DNA from: a virus
Taxonomy: Duplodnaviria > Caudoviricetes
Length of the DNA: 64,000 nucleotides
Direction: 5' to 3' (one strand)
IMG/VR virus record: IMGVR_UViG_3300037424_001651
Span: 11,548-75,547 of that record
A model generated the notes under the pieces. The model saw nothing but the letters and a program-made list of their open reading frames with translations, did not search any database and was not told the DNA's origin. This document shows positions 38,689-47,986 of this stretch, in pieces. Both the position numbers and the translations under genes were made by a program. Numbering within the stretch: position 1 is the stretch's first letter; every line of letters starts with the position of its first letter.

Positions 38689-39470
38689 AACGACGTAGTT
38701 ATGGCAGCAGCGCTGCCGATCTCGAACTAGCACACGAGGCAGTGAAGAAGGCGCGCAACTTTGTGTGGGAAGGCCCGAGCGACGAGTCGGACCCGGACAA
38801 GTGGGCCTTCACAGTCTCGCGGCATCGCGATTCGGGCCTGCTCGACGAGTCCAACTTCGCGACGATCAGTAAGGACATGGAAGCGCGCTTCCCCGATGAC
38901 GTCGAGGTGGTGCATTCCAGCCACTGGGCTGTGGGCTGGATCGACGAGCTTGCCGTGCGCGTCTTCGACGAGCAGGGCGGCATCACCGACGCTTTCCATG
39001 CCATTGTGGACTGGAAAGACAAGCTCGAAGACTATCCTATCGCCGACGAGGACGATTACAGCGAACGCGAACAGAATGCGCTCATCGAACATATCGCTTC
39101 ACAGATCATGTTTTCAGGTTTTACCGTGGATGATCCCGAAGATTGGGCGTATCGCGTGGCGCAGTGGTTGTCAGAGAACGGCTACGACAACGAGCTTGAG
39201 AACATCGATGATCGCGGCGCATACCCAAGCGAGGAAGCCGTTCAGGAAGCACTGCGTGTGCTTACACAAGCGGTTGGGGCGCTGGGTGAGATGGTAATGT
39301 CTGAAACCGCGGACGATGGACTTCGATACTGGTCGGTATATGCCCAAAGGTGGGTTGAGGTATCACCGGGTGGTTGGATACCTGTTGAGGAGTTGGCAGC
39401 GATGTCACCGGCCGACCGGGCACAAGCTATCGATTGGATAGAAAGGACCAGACAATGGCAAAAAAGATGA
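38685..39470 (+). CDS. Acidic hypothetical phage protein
   Basis: RDS.LL..SNF and HWAVGW motifs; GALG linker near the C-terminus. Confidence 0.6.
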   Translation: MKRRSYGSSAADLELAHEAVKKARNFVWEGPSDESDPDKWAFTVSRHRDSGLLDESNFATISKDMEARFPDDVEVVHSSHWAVGWIDELAVRVFDEQGGITDAFHAIVDWKDKLEDYPIADEDDYSEREQNALIEHIASQIMFSGFTVDDPEDWAYRVAQWLSENGYDNELENIDDRGAYPSEEAVQEALRVLTQAVGALGEMVMSETADDGLRYWSVYAQRWVEVSPGGWIPVEELAAMSPADRAQAIDWIERTRQWQKR

Positions 39471-39796
39471 TCATCAGGGCGCGGAGCTTCGAGAAGTGGA
39501 TGCAGGCGAACTTCACGCGGGGCGAGCTTCAGGATCTCGCGCGCTACGGCGCGAACACAGGCTGGCAGGGCTTGACCTATTACAACGACACGGTCGCGCT
39601 CTACGACAAGTTCAACGTTGAGATCTGGACCGCGCTCTACGAAGATGCCGAATCCTTCGGCGCGAAGAACGCCATCGCATTCATCGCTGACTTTGGTGGT
39701 GCAGACAGCGTCTCCGACGACGACACGTTCAAAAACCTGCTCGTATGGTACATGGCCGAGCGCACAGCACACGAACTGCTTGGAGATGATTACTAA
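39455..39796 (+). CDS. Acidic hypothetical phage protein
   Basis: GLTYY.DT..LYD...EIW...NLL.W motif; RBS AAAGGA. Confidence 0.6.
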   Translation: MAKKMIIRARSFEKWMQANFTRGELQDLARYGANTGWQGLTYYNDTVALYDKFNVEIWTALYEDAESFGAKNAIAFIADFGGADSVSDDDTFKNLLVWYMAERTAHELLGDDY

Positions 39797-40560
39797 TGGG
39801 TTTCTTCTCGTGGGACTGCAACGTCTGCGGCCATCCGATGCTTTCACCGGATGCGACGAACCGGACCAACCGGTGGATGGCGGACGTCGTAGTCATCGAG
39901 CCGAACGGTTCCATCTTGATGGGTGAATACGACGGCTACGGCCGCGTGAACGACCGCGACGTCGATGGGGAACCCTGCTGTTACCACCACGCTTGCTGGG
40001 AAGTTGCAGGCAAGCCCACGAAGTACATCCCAAGTGAGTCCGCGCACGATCAGGGGTGGTTCTTCGACGACCCCAAGCACGACATGCCCGATCCCCGCAA
40101 GTCCCGCGGCATGCGCGGCTTCGGGGCCGTGGCACGAAAGATCAAGAAGCAGCTTCCTGATGAGGCCGAGTTCTACGCATACCTCTACAAGAAGAATAAG
40201 GGCATCTTCTATCGCGGGGAAGGTGCGGATGGTCATGGTGTTGGGATGGGTGCGCTGGGTGCAGGCTTGTACGTGACGTGGGAAAAGGCCATGGCGAAGG
40301 CTTTCGCTGACCGGCAGAATAGTCACGTGTTCAAGTACAAGCTCAAGCCCGGCTTGAAACTGCTCGACGCGCAGAGTCGTACGATGGCATGGCTCAAAGC
40401 GGAAATGGGTTTCCATCCGTGGGAGTACAGCGACGACCCCATGTACGCTTTGATGCTCACAGACAAGGTCCGCAGTTTGGGCTACGACGGCGTGATCAGC
40501 GACAAGTTGGCAGATGGGCTTGTGATCTTCAACGCGAAAAACGCAAAGAAGGTGAAGTGA
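39796..40560 (+). CDS. Fusion of a Cys/His module, an MRGFG linker and an ADP-ribosyltransferase-like (ART-PolyVal-like) domain
   Basis: C-terminal FYRG...GAGLYVT....AKAFA...GYDGVI....VIFN pattern. Confidence 0.55.
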   Translation: MGFFSWDCNVCGHPMLSPDATNRTNRWMADVVVIEPNGSILMGEYDGYGRVNDRDVDGEPCCYHHACWEVAGKPTKYIPSESAHDQGWFFDDPKHDMPDPRKSRGMRGFGAVARKIKKQLPDEAEFYAYLYKKNKGIFYRGEGADGHGVGMGALGAGLYVTWEKAMAKAFADRQNSHVFKYKLKPGLKLLDAQSRTMAWLKAEMGFHPWEYSDDPMYALMLTDKVRSLGYDGVISDKLADGLVIFNAKNAKKVK

Positions 40561-41423
40561 TGGGCTTCGGACGCAAATGGAAGAACTGGGGCGACGCGGC
40601 TTCCGACAGGCGCGCGGAAGTCGGACGCATCATCTTCGAGCAGTTCGGCGGCAGGCAGGCCATGGCCATGATCGGCGGTCAAGCCACGTTGCTGAACTTG
40701 CCGCACTACGGCGAAGGCGGCCTCGGCATCAAATGGCCGAACAAGCAGCGCTCCAAGGGAAACTACGTCGAGATCCTCTTGAGGCCCGACGATACGTACG
40801 ACATGACCTTCTACAACCTGACGATCCGGGCCAAGAAGCCGGTCAAGAAGTTCGAGGGTGTGTACGCGGAAGACCTTCGACGGCTGTTCGAGGATCAGAC
40901 GGGTTGGTACCTGTCGCTGGGTGGTGCAGGATTCGGTGCGCACAAGAAGAAGGGTGAGGCTAAAGCCCCCACGATATACCTGACCAAGAGCGGCTCGCAC
41001 TGGCAAGTCATCGCGCACGGGCAGGCTATAGCCCAACACCGCAGTGAAGAGCAAGCGGCGCGTGCCTACTTGTGGTACGGCGGCGTCCCGCTTGAGCCTT
41101 GGGTCTACTTGGGTGGCATCACAGGGGAAGATCGTTTCATCCGCCGCTCTGAACTCTACGCAGCAGGACTCCAAGGCTTGGGAGCACTTGCTCTAGGTCC
41201 GCATCTGACCGAGGCGCAGATTGCAGCAGTGCGAGAAGAAGTCATACGCGAAGGTGTGCCTGTGCGTTTCCTTCACGACGGACAGAACTTGAACATCGTG
41301 ACTGGGGAGTTGCTCCCGCGTGGCACTAACGTCCTGCACCAAATGGTGTACTGGGGCTTCCCGCGGTCGACCTCGAAGAAGATCGCCAAGTGGCTCGGTG
41401 TCAAGGCCGTGTTCTCGGAGTGA
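40560..41423 (+). CDS. FGRKWKNWG-leader protein 2 (three modules separated by GAGFG and LQGLG)
   Basis: Begins MGFGRKWKNWG. Confidence 0.7.
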   Translation: MGFGRKWKNWGDAASDRRAEVGRIIFEQFGGRQAMAMIGGQATLLNLPHYGEGGLGIKWPNKQRSKGNYVEILLRPDDTYDMTFYNLTIRAKKPVKKFEGVYAEDLRRLFEDQTGWYLSLGGAGFGAHKKKGEAKAPTIYLTKSGSHWQVIAHGQAIAQHRSEEQAARAYLWYGGVPLEPWVYLGGITGEDRFIRRSELYAAGLQGLGALALGPHLTEAQIAAVREEVIREGVPVRFLHDGQNLNIVTGELLPRGTNVLHQMVYWGFPRSTSKKIAKWLGVKAVFSE

Positions 41424-41428
41424 AGCAC

Positions 41429-41818
41429 ATGAGCTTTGGACGCAAATGGAAGAACTGGGGCGGCCTGCGTGGGACGTCATGTAGCGAAGCGGATGGGTGG
41501 CTCCCCGAAGCAGAGTGTAGGAAGTACCACCCCAAGTATTTCCGCTTCGAGTGGAACGCGGATCACACGTACTGTCGCCCGCACAGAGGCGATGCGTGGT
41601 GGGACGATGCCTCCTACATCGCGCATCAAACAGGTGTAGATGCGATGGCGATGGAGGATTGGTGGTTCCGCGAGGAGGCACGCCAGCACGAAGCCGCGCG
41701 ACAAGAACAGCGCGAGACGCGTGAGGCGGGCTGGCGGCGTAGAGGCAGTGCGCTGCCGGGGCGCAAGCCACAAAAGTATCGCCGCAGGCGGATCGATGTG
41801 GATGACATCCCCTTTTAA
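41429..41818 (+). CDS. FGRKWKNWG-leader protein 3
   Basis: Begins MSFGRKWKNWGG. Confidence 0.7.
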   Translation: MSFGRKWKNWGGLRGTSCSEADGWLPEAECRKYHPKYFRFEWNADHTYCRPHRGDAWWDDASYIAHQTGVDAMAMEDWWFREEARQHEAARQEQRETREAGWRRRGSALPGRKPQKYRRRRIDVDDIPF

Positions 41819-41827
41819 GGCGCGAAG

Positions 41828-42115
41828 ATGAGCTTTGGGCACAAATGGAAGAACTGGGGCCACCTGCCCGAGAAAAAGATCCTTTGGGAGGAAGCTGCCT
41901 TCCGCATCACAACGGACGGTTCGGGTGCCTACAACATGGAGAAACTACGCGGCCGCCCCACTGACAATCTTCCTGTAGGGAGCATCGAGTATTTTCCTCC
42001 TGAGACGCCATTGGAAGTTGTCATCAAGGAAGCGCGGTTGCTTTGCCAAGCCCAGATTCAACGGCAACGATTGACACGCGTCTATCGCCGTGGTGGACGC
42101 GGACGCGGAAGGTGA
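41828..42115 (+). CDS. FGRKWKNWG-leader protein 4
   Basis: Begins MSFGHKWKNWG. Confidence 0.7.
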   Translation: MSFGHKWKNWGHLPEKKILWEEAAFRITTDGSGAYNMEKLRGRPTDNLPVGSIEYFPPETPLEVVIKEARLLCQAQIQRQRLTRVYRRGGRGRGR

Positions 42116-42118
42116 ATC

Positions 42119-43000
42119 ATGAAATTTGGACGTAAGTGGGCGAACTGGGGCGGCTTTGGGGCGACGCCAACTGCACGCGAGCTGGAAGTGCTCAAGGCTA
42201 TCATCCACAGCGCGTATCACGACGGCGCGGATCCGGTGGACAACCCGGTCTGGTCGTGGTCAGCCCTGAAGAGCCGCAGTGACAACGCCGTCTTCGGTTC
42301 CTTGGTGAAGAAGGGCTGGGCTGGTTCTTCGTACTATGAGGAGAACGAGACAATCGTCTGGATTACGCAGGAAGGCATGAACGTGCTACGCGCCGCAGGC
42401 GGGATGGCCGGTTTCGGTGGTCATGGCGCAGACATCATCGTGGTGGACCGCGCCGGGAATGTGCTGGAGACAGCGAAGGAAGGGATCCCGCGAGCTGCCA
42501 TCGCCCAAGGCCGCTTTGACTCGCGGCGCTTCATCGAGGCGAACCTGCCGTGGTCGAGCGTCGCACGGATGTCTGACACGGAAGTCCTCGGCGTGGACGT
42601 CAGCTTCACAGAGCGGGATAGGCACGTCATCCGGGTCGTCGTGGCAACGCCGGAGCAGCGCGGCCACTGGAAAGAAGGCAGCGCGGACGATTGGGAATTG
42701 TACAGCAAGCCCGGTAGGAATGCTGCTGCCAAGGGCCTGAATGCAGCGCTGAAGAAAGCTATGAAGATGATCGACACCACACTGGTGATCGGGGACCTGG
42801 ACTTGCAGCCAGAGGACATCGCAAAGATCGCGAAGGTGATCTCCAACGCGTACGCGAAGTACATGGCTCCGGCGCTGATCAAGTATCGAGCGCTGGGTGC
42901 CGGAGATAGCGAGGGCTACTACCACGCGAATCAAGCGCTGATCGACCACGTGAAGCGCGCAAACGGCTGGTGGGACATCGACTTCAGAGACTACCTGTGA
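42119..43000 (+). CDS. FGRKWKNWG-leader protein 5 (modules separated by MAGFG)
   Basis: Begins MKFGRKWANWGGFG. Confidence 0.7.
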   Translation: MKFGRKWANWGGFGATPTARELEVLKAIIHSAYHDGADPVDNPVWSWSALKSRSDNAVFGSLVKKGWAGSSYYEENETIVWITQEGMNVLRAAGGMAGFGGHGADIIVVDRAGNVLETAKEGIPRAAIAQGRFDSRRFIEANLPWSSVARMSDTEVLGVDVSFTERDRHVIRVVVATPEQRGHWKEGSADDWELYSKPGRNAAAKGLNAALKKAMKMIDTTLVIGDLDLQPEDIAKIAKVISNAYAKYMAPALIKYRALGAGDSEGYYHANQALIDHVKRANGWWDIDFRDYL

Positions 43001-43049
43001 TGCACGCGCCGCTCACAGTTGTCCCGACCCTGCCTCAAGGAGTAGTACG

Positions 43050-43532
43050 ATGACGACACGTTGCACAGTTGAGATCTGGGCTGCTGATATGCGCGTACCA
43101 ACGGTGAGTCTATATCATCACACCGATGGTGATCCAGGCTTCATGGGTCCGAAGCTCGAAAGGTTCATGAAGTACATCATGAAAGTGTTACCATACCGAC
43201 ACGACGAAGCGGCGACAGTTGCAGCGATGCTCGTGAAGCTCTCGTCCGATAATTATGATGGGCCGGTTGAACCGAATACTGGACCTGTCGAAACCTGGAT
43301 TCCGAAAAATAGCGAGGTGATGGGGGCACGGGCGCTGATTCCGTTCTTCCATCCGACGTGTGTGGTGCACTGGGACATCGCTTACTTGTGGCGTGTCAAA
43401 CTCGGGAAGGTATACGCAAAGAATAGGGGCTACAAGATCGAGTGTTATGTACCCAGCTTTGATTATGAAACAGGTGAGGTTCTCGATCTGAGGAAGGTCA
43501 ACTGGAAGGCTGAGGCAAAGAAGAGGCGTTGA
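43050..43532 (+). CDS. Hypothetical phage protein
   Basis: LYHHTDGDP motif; RBS AAGGAG. Confidence 0.6.
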   Translation: MTTRCTVEIWAADMRVPTVSLYHHTDGDPGFMGPKLERFMKYIMKVLPYRHDEAATVAAMLVKLSSDNYDGPVEPNTGPVETWIPKNSEVMGARALIPFFHPTCVVHWDIAYLWRVKLGKVYAKNRGYKIECYVPSFDYETGEVLDLRKVNWKAEAKKRR

Positions 43533-44131
43533 TGTACGCTGTTGGGCACATGGCTGGATTTGGTGCGACCGCTGAGAAGCGGCGTGTGGACGTCGTCGGT
43601 CTATACCCCGAGGAGAATAAGTACCTCGGGACGGTGTGGAAGGTGTTCTACACGGGTGCAGTGTCTACTATGTACCCGAGCGAACGTACATTGCGGTTCG
43701 TGAACGAATACTTCGCGACGAAGTATCCACATGTTCCAGCGACGGCTGAAGCACATTTCAAGCTTGATGGGACGATGGACTACATGGAGGTCTTCGCACC
43801 GTTCGCGGTTGGGCCTCGTCCGGCTCCGGTTTCGTTGCCTTATACAACGGTATCGATCCCAGTTGAGATTCGTTATGGGAGCTATCTCATTCGTACAACT
43901 GGTTTTCGTACGAGCTATTTGTCGGAGCGTAGTATTGCGTTCCTTAACGCATGGGTTACTTCGCAACAGCATTGGTCGGAGAAGTACAAGTATGAATTCT
44001 GGAAGCCGAAGGATGTGGTAGTGCGGTTGGATGCTGTGACTGGACGTCCTGACAAGATAACCGTAAACGTTGGCCTTGGATCACTCGCGGACGCGAGCAA
44101 GGCGAAGGAAACCTACCTCGCAATGTTGTGA
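43532..44131 (+). CDS. Hypothetical protein with MAGFG N-terminal leader
   Basis: Begins MYAVGHMAGFGA. Confidence 0.6.
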   Translation: MYAVGHMAGFGATAEKRRVDVVGLYPEENKYLGTVWKVFYTGAVSTMYPSERTLRFVNEYFATKYPHVPATAEAHFKLDGTMDYMEVFAPFAVGPRPAPVSLPYTTVSIPVEIRYGSYLIRTTGFRTSYLSERSIAFLNAWVTSQQHWSEKYKYEFWKPKDVVVRLDAVTGRPDKITVNVGLGSLADASKAKETYLAML

Positions 44132-44157
44132 GGAACCAGAAAGAAGAGGAAGCTAAA

Positions 44158-44559
44158 ATGGCCCAAAAAACAAGTAGCAAGAAGCGGACGAGTAGCAAGA
44201 AGCGGACGAAGTCTGGCGACAAGTGCAAAGGCAAGATCTACTGGAACGCGGTCGCAATGGCGCAAGGGACCAAGCATAAGACGGCTGCAAGTACGCAGGT
44301 CGATCATTGTGTCCGTACTTGTCGTGTCGGGCGCGATGTTTGCGAAAGCACTGTGAAGTCCGGCCTGAAGGGGCGCAGGAAGGCTCGCAAGAGCGGTGTG
44401 CCTTATGGACGCAAGCTGTCGCAGACCAAGGCCGCGAAGGCGGCTCGTACAGGCTTCAAGACGGCTTCCAAGTCGTGCAAGCGCGCGAGCAAGAGCCGAG
44501 TGGGCTTCCTGTCCTGCATGAAGAAGACGGCCCCGAGGGAGATCGCGAAGAAGATGTAA
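44158..44559 (+). CDS. Highly basic Lys/Arg-rich (histone-like) protein
   Basis: SSKKRT repeated twice (18-bp tandem repeat 44173-44208), very high K/R content, several Cys. Confidence 0.6.
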   Translation: MAQKTSSKKRTSSKKRTKSGDKCKGKIYWNAVAMAQGTKHKTAASTQVDHCVRTCRVGRDVCESTVKSGLKGRRKARKSGVPYGRKLSQTKAAKAARTGFKTASKSCKRASKSRVGFLSCMKKTAPREIAKKM

Positions 44560-44594
44560 GCAGGGTCAGGAACAATTTGAGGAGGAGGGTCACC

Positions 44595-45140
44595 ATGGCC
44601 GAGAAGTGGCGACGTTTTACTGCGTCCGATAATCCGTGGTCCCACGAGCCAGCAGAAGGTTGGCGGTCCAAGAACTGGGAGATTATCTTCCGGCCGAACT
44701 TCCATATCGTGTCCGGCTTGGTCCGGGCACGGTATGTGCGGCCCGACGGGTATTTGCCGTGGGCTTACTTCCTTGTTTACAGCAGCGGCAAGCTTGGGTG
44801 GGACTGGCCGGAGCGCGTGCCGAAGTATGTTGAGGACAAGGTCAACGCCTTGACGCGCGCGCAAGCTGGATCGTTTGGGGACGGCGCGCCGAAACGTCAG
44901 GGATATCGAGTTTTATACGCTCCGTTGGGTTCTTCCCGAAAGGTAGAGTGGAGCACACACGCAAACGCGCGTGAGGCAGTGAAGGAAGCACGTCGGTTGG
45001 TCCGGCATCGCGGTGTTTCAGGGGCACACGCTCGGTATGCACCGTGGATCAGCGTCATCGTTTTGGGGCCGCGCGGTAAGCTTTACTACGAGGGTTGGAA
45101 CGAATTATTCGGCCCATCTGAGAGTTGGCGGGACGTTTAG
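44595..45140 (+). CDS. Two-module hypothetical protein (GSFGD linker)
   Basis: RBS GGAGG. Confidence 0.55.
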   Translation: MAEKWRRFTASDNPWSHEPAEGWRSKNWEIIFRPNFHIVSGLVRARYVRPDGYLPWAYFLVYSSGKLGWDWPERVPKYVEDKVNALTRAQAGSFGDGAPKRQGYRVLYAPLGSSRKVEWSTHANAREAVKEARRLVRHRGVSGAHARYAPWISVIVLGPRGKLYYEGWNELFGPSESWRDV

Positions 45141-45155
45141 GAACAGGAGGATGCG

Positions 45156-45545
45156 ATGAGAAGACGAACTTTTGGTTTGGCAGCATGGCCTGAGTTGCAG
45201 CGGATCGGTGGCGTTGATGATCTCGTGCTCAGCGACGATGACATCATCAAACTGAGTCGCCACGTGACGGATCGACCCGGTGGTGGCGACAGCCCACTTG
45301 CGTCCTTGCTGGGTGCGTGCCTTGTCTGGCGACGCGGCACGAATGCAGTTGGGAAGGTCATAGGCGGCGCGACCGCGAACTTCGTGGCTTACCACCTCAG
45401 CAAGGGAAAGTCCGAGTCTTGGATCGTCAAGAGTTACCGTGCACATGTTGGCCGGGTTCTTCGCGCCGAGTTGAATAAGCAGCAAGCGGAGTTCGACTCC
45501 TACTTCGAGGAGTTGTGGGAGTTGCGGCAGCATCGCCGCCGCTAA
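45156..45545 (+). CDS. Hypothetical protein
   Basis: RBS AGGAGG. Confidence 0.55.
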   Translation: MRRRTFGLAAWPELQRIGGVDDLVLSDDDIIKLSRHVTDRPGGGDSPLASLLGACLVWRRGTNAVGKVIGGATANFVAYHLSKGKSESWIVKSYRAHVGRVLRAELNKQQAEFDSYFEELWELRQHRRR

Positions 45546-45571
45546 AGGAGTAGACGTGATGACTCTGTTAC

Positions 45572-46753
45572 CTAAAGGAGACAGCTTCTAGGAACATGCA
45601 GACCAACGTCCACATTACGTCCCTCCGGCTCCATCCAAGCCGGGAGTGCGCGCGCGAGGATATTTCTCGCCGCGTTCTCGTCTCTGTGCAGGACCAGCCC
45701 GCAATGCGGACACGAGTGTTTCCGCTCGCGCAGCGTCTTGGGCACCTTCTGGCCGCAGCCGCTGCAATCTTGGCTTGTTCCTGCGGGATTCACAGCCACA
45801 ACCTGCGTACCGGCGCTCTCAGCCTTGTACTTCAAGATGTTCAAGAACTGGCCCCAGCCAGCGTCTCGAATCGCCCGGTTCAACCAGCGGGGACCGCCCA
45901 TCGTGGTAATGGTCAAATCCTCCACGGCGATGAAGCCGTAGCGACGGATCAATTCCAGAGCTTCTTTGTGATGAAAGTCGCGCCGCTTGTTCGCGACGTG
46001 CGCATGCAGCGCCTGCACGCGTCCCTTCGTCTTCGCCCGGCGTTTGCTTCCGGGTTTGGCCCGGGCGAGCGCTTTTTGCTTGCGGCGCAGCGTAGGCAAG
46101 GTGTCTTTGAGAAAGCGCGGGTTCGGGATCTTCGCGCCATCAGGATGCGTGGCGAAACGCTCCAGCCCCAGATCGATCCCGGTCTTCGGCTCGTGAGCGC
46201 GCTCTTCAGGCAAGATTTTCGGCGCGCCGACGTCACAGGAAAAGACGGCGTACCACTTGCCTGCTTCGCGCTTGATACAGACGGTTTTGATCTCGCCTTG
46301 CAACGGCCGGTGCAACTTGATACGCACCTTACCGACGTACTGGACGCGCAGCCTCGGGTGTGCCGGGTCGAGCAGCACAATTCCATCCCCATAACTCGGA
46401 AGCGTGAACGAGTCGAAGCGATCTCGGGGCTTGAAGCGTGGGTAGCCCGGCTTCTCGCCCGGTTTGGCCTTTTTGACGCGCCGGAAGAACGCCTCGAAGG
46501 ACTTGTTGAGCTGACGCAAGGTAGCTTGCGCGCTGGAGAAGTTGAGCCGGGCGAAGTAAGCGTTCGAGCCGCGTTCGGCTTTGTACCACGCAGATTGTTC
46601 AGGGTAATTGACGCTACGTCCTTCGGCTTCCCAGCCTGCTTTGCGCTTAGCGAGGGCGACGTTGTAGAGGCGGCGGTGGGTTTCGAGCATGCTCGAAAGC
46701 TCCCCGATCTGTACCTTGTTGGGGTACAGACGGTACTTGAAGCTACGCCTCAT
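45572..46753 (-). CDS. tnpB: RNA-guided endonuclease TnpB
   Basis: FKYRLYP, GIDLGL (RuvC I), AVEDL (RuvC II), TSQ.CS.CG, CPHCG...RDENAA.N. Confidence 0.97.
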   Translation of the reverse strand: MRRSFKYRLYPNKVQIGELSSMLETHRRLYNVALAKRKAGWEAEGRSVNYPEQSAWYKAERGSNAYFARLNFSSAQATLRQLNKSFEAFFRRVKKAKPGEKPGYPRFKPRDRFDSFTLPSYGDGIVLLDPAHPRLRVQYVGKVRIKLHRPLQGEIKTVCIKREAGKWYAVFSCDVGAPKILPEERAHEPKTGIDLGLERFATHPDGAKIPNPRFLKDTLPTLRRKQKALARAKPGSKRRAKTKGRVQALHAHVANKRRDFHHKEALELIRRYGFIAVEDLTITTMGGPRWLNRAIRDAGWGQFLNILKYKAESAGTQVVAVNPAGTSQDCSGCGQKVPKTLRERKHSCPHCGLVLHRDENAARNILARALPAWMEPEGRNVDVGLHVPRSCLL

Positions 46754-46756
46754 ACC

Positions 46757-47173
46757 TTATTTACCCTTCTGGGCCTCGATATATTCACGAACTGTCTTCT
46801 CGTTGACGTGTCCGACGGTCCCGGCGTAGTAGCTTCGACTCCAGAGGGTCGGCAAGCGCGAGCGCAACGCCGGGAATTTTTGACGCAAGATGCGCGAGGT
46901 CGATCCTTTGAGGCGGTTGATGATCTCGGCCACGCACCAGCGAGGATCGGCTTCGACAAAGAGATGTACATGATCGGGCATGATCTCCAGCGTGTGTACA
47001 GTCATGTCCAGCGTATCCGCCTTTTCACGCAGCAAGACTTCGAGTCGCGCAGCCACATCGTCGTCGAGGACGGGCCGACGATACTTGGGGCACCACACGA
47101 TGTGATACTTCAAGTTGAAGACGGCTCCGGCGTTTTTGCTGCAGCGAGCTTCCATGCCGCACAGTATACACAA
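46757..47173 (-). CDS. tnpA: Y1 (HUH) transposase TnpA
   Basis: YHIVWCPKYRR, PDHVHL, KG.TSR.LR and LWSRSYY. Confidence 0.97.
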   Translation of the reverse strand: MCILCGMEARCSKNAGAVFNLKYHIVWCPKYRRPVLDDDVAARLEVLLREKADTLDMTVHTLEIMPDHVHLFVEADPRWCVAEIINRLKGSTSRILRQKFPALRSRLPTLWSRSYYAGTVGHVNEKTVREYIEAQKGK

Positions 47174-47250
47174 GACAAATACTTAATCAAGAAAGCAGGG
47201 ACTGCATTCCTCCGCCACCTGAAGGAGGCGGTCCCCTGCGGGAGAAGATT

Positions 47251-47688
47251 ATGGCTGGACCGAAGAAGACCGAGAAACGCGACCCGGGCGATCCGCTTGA
47301 GGTTGTCATACAGCCGATGCTGGAAGTGCCGAACCGAACCATCTTCTATGTGCGCAAGGTCAAGATCTACAAGCTTGGTCTGGTAGCATACGAACGCATG
47401 GCGAAACAAGGCATCCAGCCTAAATTAGCTTCGCAGGCGTTCATGGGCACGCCGCGCTATTGGCAGCTTCGCCGCCGGATCCGGCAAGAGGCTGGCTACC
47501 GCGATGATGGGTCGGGCAAGTTCATTTACCTGCCTGACGGTTACCGTGAGCGTGTGCAGGCCAACGAGAACGAACTGCTCGACGCTTTCTGGTCGGGTTG
47601 GTACGGCTGGGGAATGCTCGACCGTGGCGGGAGCATCGAGAACGCGAAGTACGACGGCCGCTGGCGCATGACCGTAGGAGATTTCTGA
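47251..47688 (+). CDS. Hypothetical protein
   Basis: ORF after the IS left end. Confidence 0.55.
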   Translation: MAGPKKTEKRDPGDPLEVVIQPMLEVPNRTIFYVRKVKIYKLGLVAYERMAKQGIQPKLASQAFMGTPRYWQLRRRIRQEAGYRDDGSGKFIYLPDGYRERVQANENELLDAFWSGWYGWGMLDRGGSIENAKYDGRWRMTVGDF

Positions 47689-47986
47689 TAGTGCCGAAGA
47701 TCTATGGAAAGCTGGCGGGTGTTTTACAGGCGCGTGATGCGGCGGGCAAGTTGATCAAGCCCGTGCGGCGCATCGGTATGACGAGTATCGAGTCAACCCT
47801 CATGACGCACTATGGTGGTTTGACGTTGACGTTGGACGCGCGCGGCTACTTCTGTTTGGTAGCGCAATCGCGCAGCGGAGAAACGCTAGCTGTGCAGGAA
47901 GGTAATGTACACGCGTTGCTCGACGCCGCTGGATTGTTGGAACCAGAAGTATTGGAAGCGCTCTTGAGCGAGGAAGAGCTGCACTG

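Larger units (their letters stand above)
45556..47240 (-). mobile_element. IS200/IS605-family insertion sequence (tnpA + tnpB)
   Basis: tnpA and tnpB co-oriented on the minus strand; subterminal hairpin near 47199-47240; right end on the minus strand ...CTTTAGG...CATCAC ends at 45556. The left boundary is approximate. Confidence 0.9.

Noticed and set aside
39455-39796. Ocr-like DNA mimic
   Set aside because: Acidic and small, but no recognisable similarity to T7 Ocr; left as hypothetical.
45596-47386. 596-aa plus-strand ORF
   Set aside because: Antisense shadow of tnpB/tnpA.
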